Origin: Eutreptiella sp. 'Long Island Sound 2002'
Taxonomy: Eukaryota; Protista; Euglenida
Assembly (NCBI GenBank): GCA_964036045.1
Contig: OZ038378.1
Span: forward strand, 120,776,001 to 120,840,000
Direction of reading: 5' to 3'
Length of the DNA: 64,000 nucleotides
Made by a program: the position numbers and the translations under genes
The notes under the pieces: generated by a model
Databases searched by the model: none
What the model saw: only the letters and a program-made list of their open reading frames with translations
Told to the model about the DNA's origin: nothing
Shown here: positions 63,261-64,000 of the stretch, piece by piece
Position numbering within the stretch: position 1 is the first letter of the stretch
How the letters are laid out: every line of letters begins with the position of its first letter

Positions 63261-64000
63261 ATGCCCGCGGGCACGGTCCCTCTATTTTGTTAACGGGGCC
63301 AGGGGATGCCCCTACGCGCCCCCCGAGTTGTTAGAGGGGTCATGGGGGCCACCCCAGTACCGCCATGCATCGCCGCCGCTCCCCCACTGTACGGTTCCCC
63401 AGTACCGCCGCGTACCCCCACCGTACGGACCCCAGTTCCGCCGCGTATACCCCCAAGACGCCAGTACACCGTCACCTTGAACTCCGCGTGCCCCTCGTGA
63501 GTGCTCCTCCCAGGCTGCCACGCCGTCTCAAGTACGCCCGCCATACAGTCCACCTGACGACCTCGCCGCCACATCCCTCTATGCACACATCACCACTTCG
63601 TCGCCGTTCCCGGGGCCTGCAGGCTGTCCCCGCAACCCCGTGTAACACTCCCAGGGGGCGCCGCAACGCGTGCACCGTAGCGCCGGCAACGATGTCGCCC
63701 GCCCCTAGACAACTCTGTGCACCCCCGGTGTATCCCGAGCAACCACTCCCAATACTGCCGTAGCCAGGCCGCCAGTAGAGACCCCGGTGCCATGGGAATA
63801 CCCTACAGGGGTTTGGGCCTTATTACCCTGGTCGGGACGACCCATGACACCTCACTGTTGTATGCGGCGACCCGGGGCAGGCGGGTGAAGCATCCCTGTC
63901 CGACCCTCATGCACGGGGGCAGTACGGGTCACCATAAGGCCGGCACGTCCTCTCACATCGTGTTGGCCGTCATACGCCGCCTGCCAGAACCGCACAATCA

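Overview
Eukaryotic, repeat-dominated DNA, probably from a flagellated protist. That assignment is inference only, based on a p25-alpha-like exon candidate and pyrimidine-tract/AG signals before ATGs. No rRNA, tRNA, CRISPR array or intact housekeeping gene could be supported. The window is a mosaic of: (i) decayed DNA-transposon coding regions, namely one piggyBac transposase and three mutually divergent DDE transposases with Transib/RAG1/Chapaev-like motif order; (ii) accessory ORFs, including a disrupted 2OG-Fe(II) dioxygenase plus zinc finger lying head-to-head with a coiled-coil gene; (iii) two satellites, a 116-bp array with higher-order blocks and a ~590-bp array with internal inversions; (iv) a family of (TA)n-associated elements with asymmetric subterminal inverted repeats, with four young copies around a 200-N gap and one old copy; and (v) retroelement RT remnants. 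The most unusual structure is at 46.7-51.4 kb. Each ORF of this multi-gene transposase-bearing block is bracketed by fold-back clusters of GTTCTAG/CTAGAAC sites spaced 11 bp apart. A second zone (28.4-40.3 kb) has analogous clusters of a palindromic AGACCRGTCT box. All protein assignments were made by eye from motifs; no searches were run.
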